Assembly: GCA_026388665.1 (NCBI GenBank)
Contig: JAPLJJ010000052.1
Coordinates: 1,780 to 65,779 of the forward strand
Origin: Deltaproteobacteria bacterium
Lineage (GTDB): Bacteria; Desulfobacterota; Desulfomonilia; Desulfomonilales; Desulfomonilaceae
Length of the DNA stretch: 64,000 nucleotides
Direction: 5' to 3'
In this document: piece by piece, positions 28,737 to 39,200 of the stretch
Position numbering within the stretch: position 1 is the first letter of the stretch
Layout of the letters: every line of letters begins with the position of its first letter
Position numbers and translations under genes: made by a program
Notes under the pieces: model-generated
Seen by the model: the letters and a program-made list of their open reading frames with translations, nothing else
What the model was told of the DNA's origin: nothing
Databases searched by the model: none

Positions 28737-30026
28737 ATGGGAAAACACAATACCCCTATGCTTGATGAATTAGAAAAGGGGCCGTGGCCTAGTTTTGTGT
28801 CTGATATCAAGCAGCAGGTGGAAAACGGAAAACAAATTCTCAAAGACGCTCCGGAAGACTTGTTAGGGGTGATGGAATTATCTTATGATGACAAGGTCAC
28901 TCACTGGAAACATGGTGGTATCGTTGGCGTATTCGGTTACGGCGGTGGCATCATTGGACGTTATTGCGACCAACCGAAGATGTTCCCTGGTGTGGCCCAT
29001 TTCCACACCGTCCGGGTTAATCAACCATCTAGCAAATTTTATACCGCAAAATATCTGAGAAGCCTATGTGATCTTTGGGAACGTCATGGTAGCGGTCTCA
29101 CCAATATGCATGGATCCACAGGTGATATCGTATTCTTAGGCACAACCACGGATCATCTTGAGCCTCTATTCTTCGAAATGACTCATGAATTGAATCAGGA
29201 CCTTGGTGGCTCCGGATCAAACCTGAGAACTCCTTCGGCCTGTTTGGGTCAGTCTCGGTGTGAATTCGCTTGCTATGACACCCAGGAAGCCTGCGATAAC
29301 ATGACTCATCAATACCAGGATGAACTCCATCGACCGGCTTTCCCATACAAGTTCAAGTTCAAGTTTGACGGCTGCCCCAACGGTTGCGTGGCATCCATCG
29401 CCCGCTCCGACATGTCCGTTATCGGGACATGGAGAGATGATATCCGTATAGATCAGGCTGCCGTGAAGGCGTATGTGGGCGGAGAATTCGCCCCTAACGC
29501 AGGGGCATATTCAGGTAGAGATTGGGGAAAATTCGACATTCAAAAAGAGGTTATTGACCTTTGCCCCACGGGCTGTATGTGTTGGGACGGTTCCAAGCTC
29601 GAAATCAACAACAAGGAATGTGTCCGCTGCATGCATTGTCTGAATGTTATGCCACGCGCCCTCAGAAAAGGTTTGGAGACCGGCGCGTCCGTACTCTTCG
29701 GCGCAAAAGCCCCGATTTTGGAAGGCGCTCAGATGTCCACTCTGACGGTCCCCTTCTTGCCGATGGAGTCCCCCTTCTCTGAACTGAAAGAGCTTATAGA
29801 GAAAGTTTGGGATTGGTGGATGGAAGAAGGCAAAAACCGTGAACGTCTCGGCGAGCTGATTCAAAGGAAATCCTTCCAGGAATTTCTAAGAGTTATCGAG
29901 TTGGGTCCTGATCCAAGAATGGTTGATGAGCCGAGATCCAATCCGTACATTTTCTGGAAAGAGGAAGAAGTTGAGGGTGGATGGACCCGAGACATCGACG
30001 CTTTCCGAGCGAAACATCAGAGGTAA
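28737..30026 (+). CDS. dsrA: dissimilatory sulfite reductase alpha subunit
   Basis: [21 protein letters not shown]-terminus, siroheme/[4Fe-4S] Cys motifs ([16 protein letters not shown]), ferredoxin insert CPTGC...CVRCMHC. Strong SD AGAGGAGGA. Confidence 0.95.
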   Translation: MGKHNTPMLDELEKGPWPSFVSDIKQQVENGKQILKDAPEDLLGVMELSYDDKVTHWKHGGIVGVFGYGGGIIGRYCDQPKMFPGVAHFHTVRVNQPSSKFYTAKYLRSLCDLWERHGSGLTNMHGSTGDIVFLGTTTDHLEPLFFEMTHELNQDLGGSGSNLRTPSACLGQSRCEFACYDTQEACDNMTHQYQDELHRPAFPYKFKFKFDGCPNGCVASIARSDMSVIGTWRDDIRIDQAAVKAYVGGEFAPNAGAYSGRDWGKFDIQKEVIDLCPTGCMCWDGSKLEINNKECVRCMHCLNVMPRALRKGLETGASVLFGAKAPILEGAQMSTLTVPFLPMESPFSELKELIEKVWDWWMEEGKNRERLGELIQRKSFQEFLRVIELGPDPRMVDEPRSNPYIFWKEEEVEGGWTRDIDAFRAKHQR

Positions 30027-30041
30027 AGGGAGGTCAACAAG

Positions 30042-31160
30042 ATGCCATACGATCCCAGCGAACCGTTGAAAGATAGAATTACTGATATTGGGCCCAGACA
30101 TTATGGGGAGTTTTTGCCACCTGTCATTAAGAAGAACAAGGGCAAATGGCTGTATCATGAGATTACACAACCCGGCGTGCTCGTTCACGTAGCCGAATCA
30201 GGAGACAAAATCTTCTCTGTACGCGTAGGCGGCTGCCGTTTAATGAGTATCGAGCATATCAGAGAAATCTGCGACATCGCCGACAAATACTGCGGTGGGT
30301 ATTTAAGATTCACTACAAGAAACAACATTGAGTTCCTACTGGAAGACGAATCCAAACTCAAACCCTTAATTGTCGATCTTAAGAGTCGTAAGTTCGCAGG
30401 CGGTTCCAACAAGTTCCCCATCGGTGGGACCGGCGCGGGCGTGACCAACATAGTTCATACCCAAGGTTGGGCTCACTGCCACACCCCGGCGATTGACGCT
30501 TCCGGTGTCGTGAAAGCCGTCATGGATGGTATTTACGACCAGTTCGGCAGCATGAAATTACCTGCCCCTGTTCGAGTCTCTCTTGCTTGCTGCCTCAACA
30601 TGTGTGGCGCAGTCCATTGCTCTGACATCGCCATCCTTGGTATCCATCGTAAACCACCTATGGTTGACGCAGAATGGATCGATAAACTCTGCGAATTGCC
30701 TCTTGCTATCGCCGCATGTCCTACCGGCGCCATCAAGCCCGCAAAGACCGCTGATGGGAAGAAGTCGTTGGAAGTCAACGCTGAACGATGCATGTTCTGT
30801 GGAAACTGCTACACCATGTGCGCCGCAATGCCGTTGGCCGATGAACTTGGAAGTGGAATCGCCATCTTGGTCGGTGGGAAATTGTCCAACCGAATCAGCA
30901 AGCCTAAATTCTCCAAGGTCGTTATTCCGTTCATACCGAACGAGCCACCGAGATGGCCTTCAACAGTCGCGGCGGTCAAGAACATCCTTGATGTTTACGC
31001 CAAAGACGCCCGTAAGTATGAGAGGCTCGGTGACTGGGCGGAGAGAATCGGTTGGGAAAGGTTCTTTGAGAAAACCAATATCCCATTCACCCACCACCTG
31101 ATTGATGATTATCGTTTTGCTTATACCACGTGGCGGCAGTCTACCCAGTTTAAGTTTTAG
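30042..31160 (+). CDS. dsrB: dissimilatory sulfite reductase beta subunit
   Basis: [52 protein letters not shown], and ferredoxin domain CPTGA...[11 protein letters not shown]. It starts 15 nt after dsrA. Confidence 0.95.
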   Translation: MPYDPSEPLKDRITDIGPRHYGEFLPPVIKKNKGKWLYHEITQPGVLVHVAESGDKIFSVRVGGCRLMSIEHIREICDIADKYCGGYLRFTTRNNIEFLLEDESKLKPLIVDLKSRKFAGGSNKFPIGGTGAGVTNIVHTQGWAHCHTPAIDASGVVKAVMDGIYDQFGSMKLPAPVRVSLACCLNMCGAVHCSDIAILGIHRKPPMVDAEWIDKLCELPLAIAACPTGAIKPAKTADGKKSLEVNAERCMFCGNCYTMCAAMPLADELGSGIAILVGGKLSNRISKPKFSKVVIPFIPNEPPRWPSTVAAVKNILDVYAKDARKYERLGDWAERIGWERFFEKTNIPFTHHLIDDYRFAYTTWRQSTQFKF

Positions 31161-31180
31161 TCGGTGGAAAGGAGCTTTTC

Positions 31181-31423
31181 ATGACCGAGGAAGAAGCAAA
31201 AAAATTAATTCTTGAGACGTTGCAAGGCAAATCAAAGGCCAAGTCTAAATTCTATCTCAAAGATTTTTACGCTATCATCCCTGACATGAAGCCGAGGGAA
31301 GTAAAAAACATTGTGAATAGGATGGTTTCCGAAAGTCTACTGGAATATTGGTCCAGCGGAAGCACGACTTTAATCGGTTTGAAAGGCATGGGCAAACAGC
31401 ACAGTGAGGAAGACGAAGCTTAG
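31181..31423 (+). CDS. dsrD: DsrD (small winged-helix protein of the dsr operon)
   Basis: KSKFYLKDFY and LEYWSSGSTTLIGLKG are the conserved DsrD blocks. It is 80 aa and lies directly after dsrB. Confidence 0.9.
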   Translation: MTEEEAKKLILETLQGKSKAKSKFYLKDFYAIIPDMKPREVKNIVNRMVSESLLEYWSSGSTTLIGLKGMGKQHSEEDEA

Positions 31424-31465
31424 TCCTTTAAACTTGATAACGAAATAGTAATAGACTCCAATAAA

Positions 31466-31499
31466 GGGAGGTCACTTTTTGTGATCTCCCTTTTCTTTT
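31466..31499 (+). terminator. rho-independent terminator after dsrD
   Basis: GGGAGGTCAC-tttttg... pairing with GTGATCTCCC (one G-U pair), followed by TTTTCTTTT. Confidence 0.7.
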
Positions 31500-31510
31500 A
31501 GATTTTACCT

Positions 31511-32173
31511 TCATGATGTTCGAAAGATGAACCCATTCCACTCTCTTAAACGAATTGTCCGCTCCAACCAGGTGCACGCTAAAGAAAACTCCTTCTTGAC
31601 AAGATCGAACATCGAGTCCGGTATTCCTGACAGAATCAGATAAGATCCGGAACAAGCGACAAGATCTCTTTTCAGTCTGAGCAAAACAGGCGCTGCCAGA
31701 TTTGCGACAACAATATCAAAGACTGATCCTACCACCTGCACCGGTCCAACATAAAGGTTCACCCCGTTTTCCTTTAATTCAGGGTGAATAGTCGAATTGA
31801 GTCGTATATTTCGTTGGACTAAATAGATGGCTGAAGGGTCCAAGTCGCAGGCGACCACAAAATTGCACCCTATAGCCCTAGCCGCTAAGGATATTACGCC
31901 GGTCCCGGTCCCTACGTCCAATAGTGAAATTGTCTTATCAGTAATGAACTCGTCGTTTACAGTCTTTTCAAGTAGTTCTAACGCTATTATTGTTGTGGGG
32001 TGATCGCCGGCTCCAAAAGAAGCGCCAGGATCAATTATCACGTCGTGTCGATTAGATCTGGGACGCCAACTCTCCCAATACGGCACAATCCGTAAGGATC
32101 GTCCAACATCAATGGGAACTATCCCTCCTGTCCACCATTTTTCCGCAGATCTCCATTTGCTCGGTCTTTTCAA
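31511..32173 (-). CDS. prmA: PrmA-like class I SAM-dependent methyltransferase (short form)
   Basis: IIDPGASFGAGDHPTTIIALELLEK and LLDVGTGTGVISLAARAIGCNFVVACDLDPSAI match the PrmA catalytic domain. At 220 aa it lacks the usual N-terminal L11-binding domain. Confidence 0.65.
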   Translation of the reverse strand: MKRPSKWRSAEKWWTGGIVPIDVGRSLRIVPYWESWRPRSNRHDVIIDPGASFGAGDHPTTIIALELLEKTVNDEFITDKTISLLDVGTGTGVISLAARAIGCNFVVACDLDPSAIYLVQRNIRLNSTIHPELKENGVNLYVGPVQVVGSVFDIVVANLAAPVLLRLKRDLVACSGSYLILSGIPDSMFDLVKKEFSLACTWLERTIRLREWNGFIFRTS

Positions 32174-32232
32174 CGAACGTCCTTTATTTGAGGATTTGGT
32201 TTGAGTTGTAAAAAAAATGATGGGCCGAGGGC

Positions 32233-33777
32233 TCAGCCGTTCGAAATCTCATACTGTTCTTGATGTAGATTTGGGTCAGGGTTGAGCTGTACGGTAGCTC
32301 GATGTTTCTTTTGTATATTTTCAAGTTTTTCGCTTTCCTGCTCAAAAAGCAATTTCACGACCTCTGGATGTGCGGTAACCTTAATATTAGAGCATCCATC
32401 AGCTATTTGCCGTGCGATCGCTCTCAGTATCTCATAACACACGGTCATCTGGGATTTGAGAAAACCTTTGCCTTCACAGTAAGGACAATGTTCGCAGAGT
32501 GTTCTAGTAAGACTCTCACGAGTCCTCTTCCGGGTCATTTGAACCAAACCGAGTTCTGAAATCTTCAGTATGTTGGTTTTTTGTTTGTCTTTTTTCAGAG
32601 CTTCTTGCAGCGCGTTTGTGACCTTTTCACGATCTGCCGGCCGATCCATGTCTATAAAATCTACGATAATAATTCCGCCTATATTTCGTAAACGAAGTTG
32701 ATAGGCTATTTCTTTCGCAGCTTCAAGATTGGTTTTGAGTATTGTTTCCTGTAAATTACGTTTCCCGACGAATCTTCCTGTATTCACATCGATAGCGACT
32801 AAAGCTTCTGTAAAATCTATGTTGATGTATCCCCCGGATTTCAACCAGACCTTTCTACCGAGTGCCTTGTTTAGCTCCATCTCAATTCCGAAATGATCAA
32901 AGATTGGCTCTTCTCCGTCATAAGGCTCTACGCACGGCTTCAGAGACGGCATAAACGTGTCCATAAAATCAAGGATTCTCTGGCTCGTTTCAGCCGAATC
33001 AACCACAAGTCTTGTCACATTTTCAGTGAAAAGATCGCGGACTCCCCGTAGGCAAAGATCCAGGTCCTCATATATCAACGATGGCGCTGGGGCCTGTTTC
33101 TCTTTTTCGACAATCTGCTGCCATGTTCCTTCGAGAAAGGTAAGGTCGTCCTTCAGTTTGTCCTCGTTTTCATGCTCACTAACCGTTCGTACGATTAGCC
33201 CACACGAGGGTGGTTTAATGTTGACAATGATATCTTTGAGTCTTTGCCTTTCAGCCTCATTTTCGATTCGACGAGAAATCCCTATGTGATCAACGGTCGG
33301 CATAAATACGAGGTGTCTTCCAGGGATGGAAATGTGTGAAGTTACTCGAGCGCCTTTACTTCCCAATGGCTCCTTGGAAATCTGAACCAGGATGTCCTCT
33401 CCTTCATTGATAAGCTCCTCTATTGGAGTAGTGAATTCGAGACCTTCACCCAGTCCTTCTCCTAACGACATATTATCTTGTTTTTCAGGCTCTTCTTCTC
33501 TCTCTTCATGCACCACCAGACCCAGGTCCTGCGGATGATGGTGAACATCCCCAACATACAAGAAAGCAGCCCGTGGTAAACCAATATCCACGAATGCAGC
33601 CTGCATTCCAGGTAACACTTTAATGACCCGACCTTTGTAAATGTTACCTACTATTCCTCTCTCGCCCCTACGTTCTAGGTGGATTTCCGCAACCTGGCCA
33701 TCCTCTATAAGCGCAAGCCGAGTCTCCCGATCCGTAACATTCATTACTATTTCGTTCCCCATACCGGTTCCCTTCAC
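32233..33777 (-). CDS. rng: ribonuclease G/E family endoribonuclease
   Basis: S1 domain (GNIYKGRVIKVLPGMQAAFVDIG), the catalytic region IDVNTGRFVG and DFIDM, and the Zn-link CEHCPYCEGKG. Confidence 0.85.
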   Translation of the reverse strand: MKGTGMGNEIVMNVTDRETRLALIEDGQVAEIHLERRGERGIVGNIYKGRVIKVLPGMQAAFVDIGLPRAAFLYVGDVHHHPQDLGLVVHEEREEEPEKQDNMSLGEGLGEGLEFTTPIEELINEGEDILVQISKEPLGSKGARVTSHISIPGRHLVFMPTVDHIGISRRIENEAERQRLKDIIVNIKPPSCGLIVRTVSEHENEDKLKDDLTFLEGTWQQIVEKEKQAPAPSLIYEDLDLCLRGVRDLFTENVTRLVVDSAETSQRILDFMDTFMPSLKPCVEPYDGEEPIFDHFGIEMELNKALGRKVWLKSGGYINIDFTEALVAIDVNTGRFVGKRNLQETILKTNLEAAKEIAYQLRLRNIGGIIIVDFIDMDRPADREKVTNALQEALKKDKQKTNILKISELGLVQMTRKRTRESLTRTLCEHCPYCEGKGFLKSQMTVCYEILRAIARQIADGCSNIKVTAHPEVVKLLFEQESEKLENIQKKHRATVQLNPDPNLHQEQYEISNG

Positions 33778-33787
33778 CTAAAATGGA

Positions 33788-36262
33788 TCACGATTCATAT
33801 TCGACTAATTTCTTTGTTATTCTTAATGACCTCGTATCTTCATCAGGCAATCCCAGAATCGCTCCGACGGCTTGATAAGGATTGACCGATCCGGACGGAG
33901 CCATCTTAATTTTCATCGTGAGAGTTTGGTCCGAGAGAAAAATCGAGGAAATGTATTGCTTAAGGTCCCGAACTTTTCTTTTTCTTTCAGGACCAAAGGT
34001 TATGATCAAACTTTCCTTTTCAAAAAATTCACCTAATTTATCTTTTACATGTTTTTTATTGAAAGCGTCAGTGAAAAGTATTTCGTAGACTACCGTCTGA
34101 ATTTTAGCAGACAAAGGGACCTCATTCAATGAAGTTTCGCATCCTTCCAATGGTTTCATGCCTCTTGGGAGGGTTTTTTCGAGAGAAGCAAGAATTTCCT
34201 CCACTTTTAAAGGGCAATTCTTTAGATCGAAGTCCAGATATTCTGAGAAACTTTCCACACCTACTGCCACGGGTGGCGAAAATCGCAGTTTCGCGTGAGG
34301 ATGGAATCCGCAGGAATAATCGAGTTTGAGACCAGCCCGACGAAACGCCCTTTCAAAACATCTAACGACATCGTGATGCCCAAGAAACTTCATGGGACCG
34401 GATTTCGCATAGCAAACTCTGAACCTTCTGACCTTGGGGTCGGTTTCCGTTTCTCGAGATGGTTCGTGTTCGATCGACGTTTTCTCTATTGAAGGTTTTT
34501 GAATTAAAGGAGATATATTCTCAAAATCACAAACACCACAGCCGGAACAATTTCCGGATCGACAATCGGATGTTAGTTCTCCACAAAAGGCCCTACTCAA
34601 TTCATCCAACAGATATGATTTCTCTATTCCAGTCTGAATGAATTCCCATGGCAGGGGCTCATTTGTGGGTCTTTCTTCCAAAAAGTGGTTGGGATCTACG
34701 CCGAACTCCTCGAATGAATCCATCCACAATTGAAAATTCAGTTGCTCGTCCCATCCATCGAATCTGGCCCCTCTCTTGAAAGCCCCTTCAATAACCGGAC
34801 TTAGGTCGCTGTTACCTCGTGCCAGGACACCCTCGAGAAAACTGACTTTTGGGTTATGAAATTTGAGAGTAACGGATTTCTTTCCCATGAGGTTTCTAAC
34901 AAGAGCCTGACGCCTTGAAGTTTCTTCGAGTGAGATTTGCGCGGCCCACTGAAATGGGGTGTGTGATTTTGGCACAAACGTGGAAATTGAAACCCTTATC
35001 TGTCCTGCTCTCCCCCAACGAGCGGTTTTGAAAATTAGATCCACGATCCCTTTTAGATCTTCTTCGGTTTCTGTTGGTAGTCCTACCATGAAATATAACT
35101 TAACCGCTTTCCAACCCTCTCTGAAAGCTGACACAACGGCATTTTTCAAATCTTCTTCCGAATTACCTTTGTTTATGACTCTACGAAGTCGTTCAGTACC
35201 AGCCTCGGGCGCAAGAGTGAAACCGGTTTTCCTTACTTTTCGTATTTCTGTTGCCAGTTCAGAATCAAATGTATCGGTTCTAAGAGATGGGAGTGAAATA
35301 GCTACCTTTTGAGTCGAGAACTCGCGGGTTAGTCCCTTCACCAAAAAACCGATTGAAGAATAATCTCCGGATGACAGTGACAACAATCCAATTTCGTCCC
35401 AGCCCGTGGATTTCAGTAGGTCATGACTAATATTTAGGAGATTTTCCGCTTTACGCTCTCGAACTGGTCGGTAAACCATCCCGGCCTGACAGAAACGGCA
35501 GCCACGTGTGCAACCGCGAGCAATTTCCAATCCAACCCTGTCATGGGTGATATCGCAGAAAGGCACAACCATCTCTCGGGGAAAGTCAGTTTTATCCAAA
35601 TCCGAAACTACTCTTCTAAACACCATCTCCCCATCCTTGTGAAGGGAAGGCACAAATACACCTTGTATCTTCTTGAGTTCTCTTAGTAAATCTATCCTGT
35701 CGCCCCCTTCGATTTTCCATGACTTACATATATTTGCTATTTCCAAAATCGCTTCCTCTCCGTCTCCTATCAGAAACGCGTCAAAAAAATCCGACAAAGG
35801 CATTGGATTGAAACACACCGGCCCGCCGGCTATGATCAAGGGGTCACTGTCTCCTCTATCGCCGGATCGAAGTGGTATGCCGGCTAGATCCAGCATTTGT
35901 AATGTGATGGACGCACATAGCTCGTATTGTAAGGAAAATCCGACTATGTCCATTTTCCGGACTTCGTGATTCGTCTCCAACGTCAACAGAGGTATACCTC
36001 TTTTTCGCATCTCGTGTTCCATGTCGGGCCACGGGGCAAAAACCCTTTCTGCGTAAATATCTTCTTGAGCATTAAGAATGTGGTAAAGGATCTTTAGCCC
36101 AAGATGAGACATCCCCACTTCGTATACATCGGGAAAAGCCAGGGCAATCCTGATTTGGGCCCGATCCGGATTCTTCATTACAGCGTTAATTTCTCCACCA
36201 ATGTAGCGCGCCGGCTTCTTCACTGCCGACAGAACTTCACAATTGACTCCACAATCAATCAT
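33788..36262 (-). CDS. radical SAM protein (B12-binding-like N-domain + radical SAM core) fused to a DUF2344-like C-terminal domain
   Basis: CTRGCRFCQAG is the CxxxCxxC motif. The N-terminus KKPARYIGGEINAV is typical of the TIGR03960-type family. The C-terminal ~220 aa (RFRVCYAKSGPMKFLGHHDVVRCFERAFRRAG) is typical of DUF2344. Confidence 0.8.
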   Translation of the reverse strand: MIDCGVNCEVLSAVKKPARYIGGEINAVMKNPDRAQIRIALAFPDVYEVGMSHLGLKILYHILNAQEDIYAERVFAPWPDMEHEMRKRGIPLLTLETNHEVRKMDIVGFSLQYELCASITLQMLDLAGIPLRSGDRGDSDPLIIAGGPVCFNPMPLSDFFDAFLIGDGEEAILEIANICKSWKIEGGDRIDLLRELKKIQGVFVPSLHKDGEMVFRRVVSDLDKTDFPREMVVPFCDITHDRVGLEIARGCTRGCRFCQAGMVYRPVRERKAENLLNISHDLLKSTGWDEIGLLSLSSGDYSSIGFLVKGLTREFSTQKVAISLPSLRTDTFDSELATEIRKVRKTGFTLAPEAGTERLRRVINKGNSEEDLKNAVVSAFREGWKAVKLYFMVGLPTETEEDLKGIVDLIFKTARWGRAGQIRVSISTFVPKSHTPFQWAAQISLEETSRRQALVRNLMGKKSVTLKFHNPKVSFLEGVLARGNSDLSPVIEGAFKRGARFDGWDEQLNFQLWMDSFEEFGVDPNHFLEERPTNEPLPWEFIQTGIEKSYLLDELSRAFCGELTSDCRSGNCSGCGVCDFENISPLIQKPSIEKTSIEHEPSRETETDPKVRRFRVCYAKSGPMKFLGHHDVVRCFERAFRRAGLKLDYSCGFHPHAKLRFSPPVAVGVESFSEYLDFDLKNCPLKVEEILASLEKTLPRGMKPLEGCETSLNEVPLSAKIQTVVYEILFTDAFNKKHVKDKLGEFFEKESLIITFGPERKRKVRDLKQYISSIFLSDQTLTMKIKMAPSGSVNPYQAVGAILGLPDEDTRSLRITKKLVEYES

Positions 36263-36369
36263 ATTACCTACTTATCATATTGTGATCATTATTGTTTATG
36301 ACATTTTAGTTAATTCATGAGTCTGACAAAATTGTTACTTTCTCATCAAAAAATGTTAACATACTATTT

Positions 36370-36636
36370 ATGAGAAATGACCTTTCGGTTTCTACGATGG
36401 TTGGCGCAATGGTAGCGATAGTTTCATTCATTGCGGCCATGTCCAGCCTAGTTTCTGAAAATTCTACCGGCCAAGGCTATCAAATTTTCTGGGGTTTTCT
36501 GATTTTGGGACCAACGGCCATGATATCAAGTATGTTGGGTTTTTCCGCGTGGTGGTTGACGAAGTTTCTCACAACCCTTTTTTCAAAGGGAAACGCGACC
36601 AAGCGAGATGAGTCAGGTCCTTCTCAAAATGACTAA
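36370..36636 (+). CDS. small hypothetical membrane protein
   Basis: Two predicted TM helices (MVGAMVAIVSFIAAMSSLV; FWGFLILGPTAMISSMLGFSAWWL). No recognisable family. Confidence 0.4.
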   Translation: MRNDLSVSTMVGAMVAIVSFIAAMSSLVSENSTGQGYQIFWGFLILGPTAMISSMLGFSAWWLTKFLTTLFSKGNATKRDESGPSQND

Positions 36637-36698
36637 CTTGAAATGATGGAAGAATCCCAGTCCAAACCTTACGAAATTATTGTATTTTCAAGGAGCAA

Positions 36699-38153
36699 TT
36701 GATGAAGGATTTCGAAAATCATCCCTTGTACAAGATAATGCATCCGAAAAGTATTGCGTTTTGGGGCGCGTCAAGCAACTCCCTGTCAATGGGAAGCATT
36801 CAGTTGGGAAGTCTGCTGATGCTGGGATATGAAGGTCAAGTATACCCGATCCACCCGACAGACAAAGAGATCAAAGGATTAAAGGCTTATTCCAGAATCG
36901 GAGATGTGCCTGAAAAAGTAGACCTGGCAATACTTGTGATCCCTACATCTGTAGTGGCCGAGGTTCTTCAAGAATGTGGAGAAGCCGGTGTTACCAGAGC
37001 AATAATTGTTTCAGCGGGTTTTTCTGAAAAAGAGGGATCGGAAGGGAAAGAACTCCAAAAAAAGATCGTAGATATAGCTGAGAAATATGGAATTAAATTT
37101 ATAGGCCCGAACTGTATAGGTGTCGTCAATTCGTATTTCAAGCTCAACACCACCTTCAATCCGTATGACGCCTCCCCTGGTTTTGTTGGTATGGCTTCTG
37201 AAAGTGGAAGCTTTATAACCCAAATGTTTGGTCACCTCACAAAATTCGGCCTAGGGTTCAGTCAGGCATTCAGTCTCGGCAATGAAGCTATGGTCGACTT
37301 ATCCGACTGTCTTGAATACTTGGCCTTCTGTCCAAGGACAAAAGTAATAGCGCTTTACATCGAAGGAATCAAACGAGGCGCGCATTTTGTGCGGGTCGCT
37401 CGCGAAGTGTCGAAAATCAAGCCGATCGTGGCCTTCTATATAGGCGGATCTGAGGCAGGCAGACGAGCGGGATTATCTCACACTGGGGCAATGGCGGGTC
37501 CTGATCGACTTTATGATGGAATATTCCATCAGTGTGGAATTATTCGAGCGCGCTCAATAGAAGAACTCTTCGATTTCTGTTATGTGCTTGGAACTCAACC
37601 GCTGCCCCGTGGTAACCGCTTGGGAATCCTGACACACTCAGGAGGACCTGGGGCCGCTGCGGCAGATAGCGCAGAAAGAGCCGGCCTGGAATTGGCTGAC
37701 TTGACACCCGTGACATTAGAAGCTCTAGCACCAATGCTTCCGCATACCGCTAGTGTCAAGAACCCGGTAGATTTGACATTTGCGAAGAATTTGAGTGATT
37801 ACATGGCAACTCTCCCACGAATACTCCTCAAAGATGACCATATAGACTCGCTATTCCTTTACTGTCTGATGCCTCACCAACGTGTCATGACGGGAGTGTT
37901 GGGATCCGGACAAAACCTGGAACAGGCCAAAAAAATCGTAGCCGACTTCGTTAAAGAACAAAGCGTTGCGGCAGCTAACTTATCTCTGGAATTCGGGAAA
38001 CCGGTTGTTGGTGGTACATTTTGTGATCGGTCTGAATTGTTTGTTCGAGAATTACAGGATCGGGGCATGACTGTATTACCGAGTCCGGAAAGGGCTGTAG
38101 CGGGTCTTGGGGCCTTATCCAGATATGCAAAATGGAGACAGACCTTTTCTTGA
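36699..38153 (+). CDS. ADP-forming acetyl-CoA synthetase alpha-type / CoA-binding + succinyl-CoA-ligase-like protein
   Basis: PKSIAFWGAS and AILVIPTSVVAEVLQECGEAGVTRAIIVSAGF (CoA-binding), GPNCIGVVN, and a His loop (GLSHTGAMAG). No ATP-grasp domain is present. Confidence 0.75.
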   Translation: MMKDFENHPLYKIMHPKSIAFWGASSNSLSMGSIQLGSLLMLGYEGQVYPIHPTDKEIKGLKAYSRIGDVPEKVDLAILVIPTSVVAEVLQECGEAGVTRAIIVSAGFSEKEGSEGKELQKKIVDIAEKYGIKFIGPNCIGVVNSYFKLNTTFNPYDASPGFVGMASESGSFITQMFGHLTKFGLGFSQAFSLGNEAMVDLSDCLEYLAFCPRTKVIALYIEGIKRGAHFVRVAREVSKIKPIVAFYIGGSEAGRRAGLSHTGAMAGPDRLYDGIFHQCGIIRARSIEELFDFCYVLGTQPLPRGNRLGILTHSGGPGAAAADSAERAGLELADLTPVTLEALAPMLPHTASVKNPVDLTFAKNLSDYMATLPRILLKDDHIDSLFLYCLMPHQRVMTGVLGSGQNLEQAKKIVADFVKEQSVAAANLSLEFGKPVVGGTFCDRSELFVRELQDRGMTVLPSPERAVAGLGALSRYAKWRQTFS

Positions 38154-38199
38154 TACTCCCATACTTCAAATCGAGTTGAGCGCTCCTGATTTCTCCTGA

Positions 38200-39177
38200 T
38201 CAGTTACGAGGAAGTCCATAACCGTCTGGGCATCCCCTAAGATGCCACATCCAGAGAGCGCTCCACACTTCGAGCTTTTCCCGTATTTCTTTCGAAAAAC
38301 CTAGTGTGACAAAATTTATCGTCCCATAAATTATTACATTTAGGCCCAAATTGAACATCACGACGGTCTTGAGAAGATTCTTAGAGACGGGACCATAAAG
38401 CTTGTCAAAAAAAATGTAACGGGAACGATAGAATTCTATACGCGCTGCAGCCCGGGATGATTTGGCGGACCCTCCCTGAAGATGCGTTGCCCTAGCGGTA
38501 GGTTCGTGGACCACCCTCCAACCTGCCAGACGAAACCTCACAGCAAGGTCCGTCTCCTCAAAAAAGAAAAAATATCTGGGATCAAACCCCCCTGCCTGAT
38601 CAAACGCTTTCCGTCTTATAAGCATAACCGCGCCGATCAGCGTTTCAACATCCGTTGGCCCACACAGGCGCTCATGCTTGCCTGGGTAACGTTTTGGAAA
38701 CAACCGCTTTAGCAGACTACGACTGGTTGTTTCTGTTAACAGAGTCGGGGTAGCCTCGTAAGATGTTTGATTAGTGCCATCTCTGTTGAGTAGTTGCGGC
38801 CCGATAAGCGCTATTCGATCGTCAGACCTCGCCAGATCAAGCATCTTCGACACACAGTCTTTTTCAAGAAGAGCGTCCGTGTTTATCAATAAAACAAACT
38901 CTGCGCTACTCATGGTAAAGCCAAGATTGTTTGCGGCGGCGAACCCAAGATTTTTACCGGCCTCAAAAGCGATAACCTCTGGAAAAAGATCCCGGATCAC
39001 AGCAATCGAGCCGTCTGTTGAACCATTGTCGATAACAATGACTTGAGGCCTGTTGTCAAGTTCTGATTCAAAAATTTTGCTGAGACACCCAATTAATAGA
39101 TCAGAAGTGTTTCTGTTCACAATTATAATTGAGAGTTGCATTTTATGGATATTTTCAGCCATTGAAAAGACTATCAA
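38200..39177 (-). CDS. family 2 glycosyltransferase
   Basis: LSIIIVNRNTSDLL, VIVIDNGSTDGS, LLINTDA (DxD-like) and a FFFFEETDLAVR block. Confidence 0.85.
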   Translation of the reverse strand: MIVFSMAENIHKMQLSIIIVNRNTSDLLIGCLSKIFESELDNRPQVIVIDNGSTDGSIAVIRDLFPEVIAFEAGKNLGFAAANNLGFTMSSAEFVLLINTDALLEKDCVSKMLDLARSDDRIALIGPQLLNRDGTNQTSYEATPTLLTETTSRSLLKRLFPKRYPGKHERLCGPTDVETLIGAVMLIRRKAFDQAGGFDPRYFFFFEETDLAVRFRLAGWRVVHEPTARATHLQGGSAKSSRAAARIEFYRSRYIFFDKLYGPVSKNLLKTVVMFNLGLNVIIYGTINFVTLGFSKEIREKLEVWSALWMWHLRGCPDGYGLPRN

Positions 39178-39200
39178 CTAAGAAACCGCAATTTTGAGAT

